Source of the DNA: Octopus sinensis
Lineage: Eukaryota
Length of the DNA stretch: 64,000 nt
Reading direction: 5' to 3'
Assembly (NCBI RefSeq): GCF_006345805.1
Contig: NC_042998.1
Location: 84,320,001 to 84,384,000, forward strand
Part shown: in pieces, positions 61,908 to 64,000 of the stretch
How the letters are laid out: each line of letters starts with the position of its first letter
How positions within the stretch are numbered: the stretch's first letter is position 1
Program-made: the position numbers and the translations under genes
The notes under the pieces: model-generated
What the model was told of the DNA's origin: nothing
The model's input: only the letters and a program-made list of their open reading frames with translations
Databases searched by the model: none

Positions 61908-63914
61908 ATATAAAACCCTAACATAAAATTATACCAATTAAAAACATTATTTCAAATTAAAATAAATAAGAGAAATTTACATCTATTTTTGAGGTCTGAA
62001 CCTGACATGACTTTTCACTTTATCATCAAATCCAAGAAAACTTAACAGAATTCATATATCTTTAAATTTGCAACTTATTAATTTTAATGAAATCAGAGAA
62101 AACAGATTTGTGGCAGTTTCAATATGGAGTGTTTCAATAGTTCGATTGACTGAAATACTTATGTGATTGAATTAGCATCTCTGTGGCTTACTACCCCACA
62201 AACATATGTCCCCTTAACATCATTTTCAGATGGATTAAGAATGGCATGTGTACTTTACTACTTGCATTTGCAGAGGCATTTACCTGGGGTGGGTTGAGAC
62301 AACCATGACAAATGAGTTCACCATATCCTTCACAAATGCTGACTACATCTGACGTTAGTCCACTGGGAAAGCAATCATTTTGCAAGGACACTGAACTTTT
62401 TACAGTTGAATGCCCTTCCTGTTGCCAACCCTCATCTGTTTCTAAGCAAGGTGATATGTTCCTTTAGCCAGGTATGTTTTTCAGAGAAAGAAACAACATT
62501 GCTTGTATGATACTCATCTACAACCATCACATAATGTCAAGACAAAGGTATACACACACACACCATCATCATCATTTAACATCTGTTGGCCATGCTGGTA
62601 TGGGTCGGACAGTTTGATTGGGCTGGCATGCCAGAAGGCTGCACCAGGATCCAGTCTGATTTGGCAAGGTTTTCTACAGCTGTATGCCCTTCCTAACACC
62701 AACCACTCTGAGAGTGTAATGGGTGCTTTTATGTGCCACCAGCACAGGTGCCATTTGCTTGACACCGGCATCTGCCACGACTGTGATTTTGCTCAACTTG
62801 ATGGGTCTTCTTCTCAAGCACAACATAATGCCAAAATGTTTTGGTCATTTCTTCCATGAGGCCCAACACTTGAAAGGAGCTCAGCCACTTTGCCTCCATG
62901 AGGCCCACATATATATATATATATAAAACCTATGTAGTAGGTATAGAAATAGGGCTAATTTAGCTATTTCTCCATAGATCGAAAAAATGACAAACAACAT
63001 TAATTGATTTTCAAATCTTATAAGATTCTCATCAGAGACACATCAATTTGACCATCATCATCATCATCGTTTAACGTTCGTTTTCCATGATGGATGGTTC
63101 GACTGGGGTTTGGGAAGCCAGGAGGCTGATCTGGCAGTGTTTCTACAGCTGGATGACCTTCCTAATGCCGACCACTCCGAGAGTGTAGTGGGTGCTTTTT
63201 ACATGTCACCAGCACAGGGGCTAGAAGCAGCCAATCAGTTTATATATTCAATAATTCCAGTAGCTACAGAGAATTGAAGCTACTAATTTTCATACTGTAC
63301 ATGTTAACACTTTAATATTAGGAGCCTGTTAATGGGGATATAGTCCACACAGTACTAAGGTATGATGTATGTAACCTATAGAGTAAATATATAAACAGGG
63401 CTGCTGAGACCCCTTTCAGTCATGACTGACCATGGGATTGTACCTAGAAAGTTACCCTTCCAGGTACAAGGTTGTTTATGGAAGATCAGCAGTCACCCAT
63501 GCATACCAGCCTCCCCTCTCCATGCCACCAGTGTTATCCAAGGGAAAGGCAAAGGCCGATACAGCTTGGCACCTGTGACATTGCAACTCATTTCTGCAGC
63601 TGAGTGGACTGAAGCAATGTGAAATAAAGTGTCTTGCTCAAGAACACAACATGCAGCCAACCCACAAAGCCAACGTGAGTGATGATGCCATGTAAAAAGC
63701 ACCCAATACACTGTAAAATGGAAACCCTGCCAAATCAGACTAAGAAACCTGGTAAGATCCTTGGCATTGCCAGTTCCTGCCAAGCTGTCCAACCCATGCC
63801 AGCATAGAAAACAGACATTAAATGTTGATGATGAATAGTATTTTTTCTTTATTTAGTTTCAACTTTCTTTTAGGAGTTAGTGTTATGTCAATGAATAAAG
63901 GTTTGATACGTTAC

Positions 63915-63966
63915 CAATGAGAATTGCCCCACACAGCAAAAGAATCAAGGAAATGTATTGTTTCAT
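63915..63966 (-). CDS. Signal-peptide exon of a small secreted Cys-rich peptide (MKQYISLILLLCGAILI, phase 1)
   Basis: ATG at 63966-64, 7 nt after an ttttccag acceptor (exon start 63973). Basic N-terminus plus hydrophobic core; GTAACG donor at 63914. Confidence 0.8.
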
Positions 63967-64000
63967 ATTTATTCTGGAAAATTAATAAAATCATATTTAA

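Noticed and set aside
63009-63035. Minus-strand CTGATGA-stem-GAAA hammerhead-like motif in the peptide-gene intron
   Set aside because: Stem II is good, but I could not form stem III or stem I; at best a decayed relic.

Overview
AT-rich, repeat-dense animal genomic DNA with no prokaryotic features. The SINE/RTE-LINE repertoire points to an octopus (inference). Two convergent protein-coding genes are visible only after splicing. (1) On the + strand, the 3' part of a CIP2A (KIAA1524) orthologue: 12 GT-AG exons with consistent phases from 4385 to the stop at 55375-55377, including a 21-kb intron; the 5' exons lie outside the window or were not found. (2) On the - strand, a two-coding-exon gene (63966-63915 + 60426-60266) missed by the ORF track. 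It encodes a 70-aa precursor with a signal peptide and an acidic 48-aa mature peptide carrying 8 Cys, a candidate novel defensin/toxin-like secreted peptide. Introns hold tRNA-derived SINEs, RTE LINE pieces, a Ty3/gypsy relic, an R4/Dong-like relic, Penelope-like relics with hammerhead ribozyme motifs, TTAA MITEs and several foldbacks. Two oppositely oriented, near-identical multimeric RTE-tail arrays bracket a 570-nt phase-symmetric block of five CIP2A exons, a possible circRNA/exon-skipping/ADAR configuration. All homology calls come from my recall of the families and need database confirmation.
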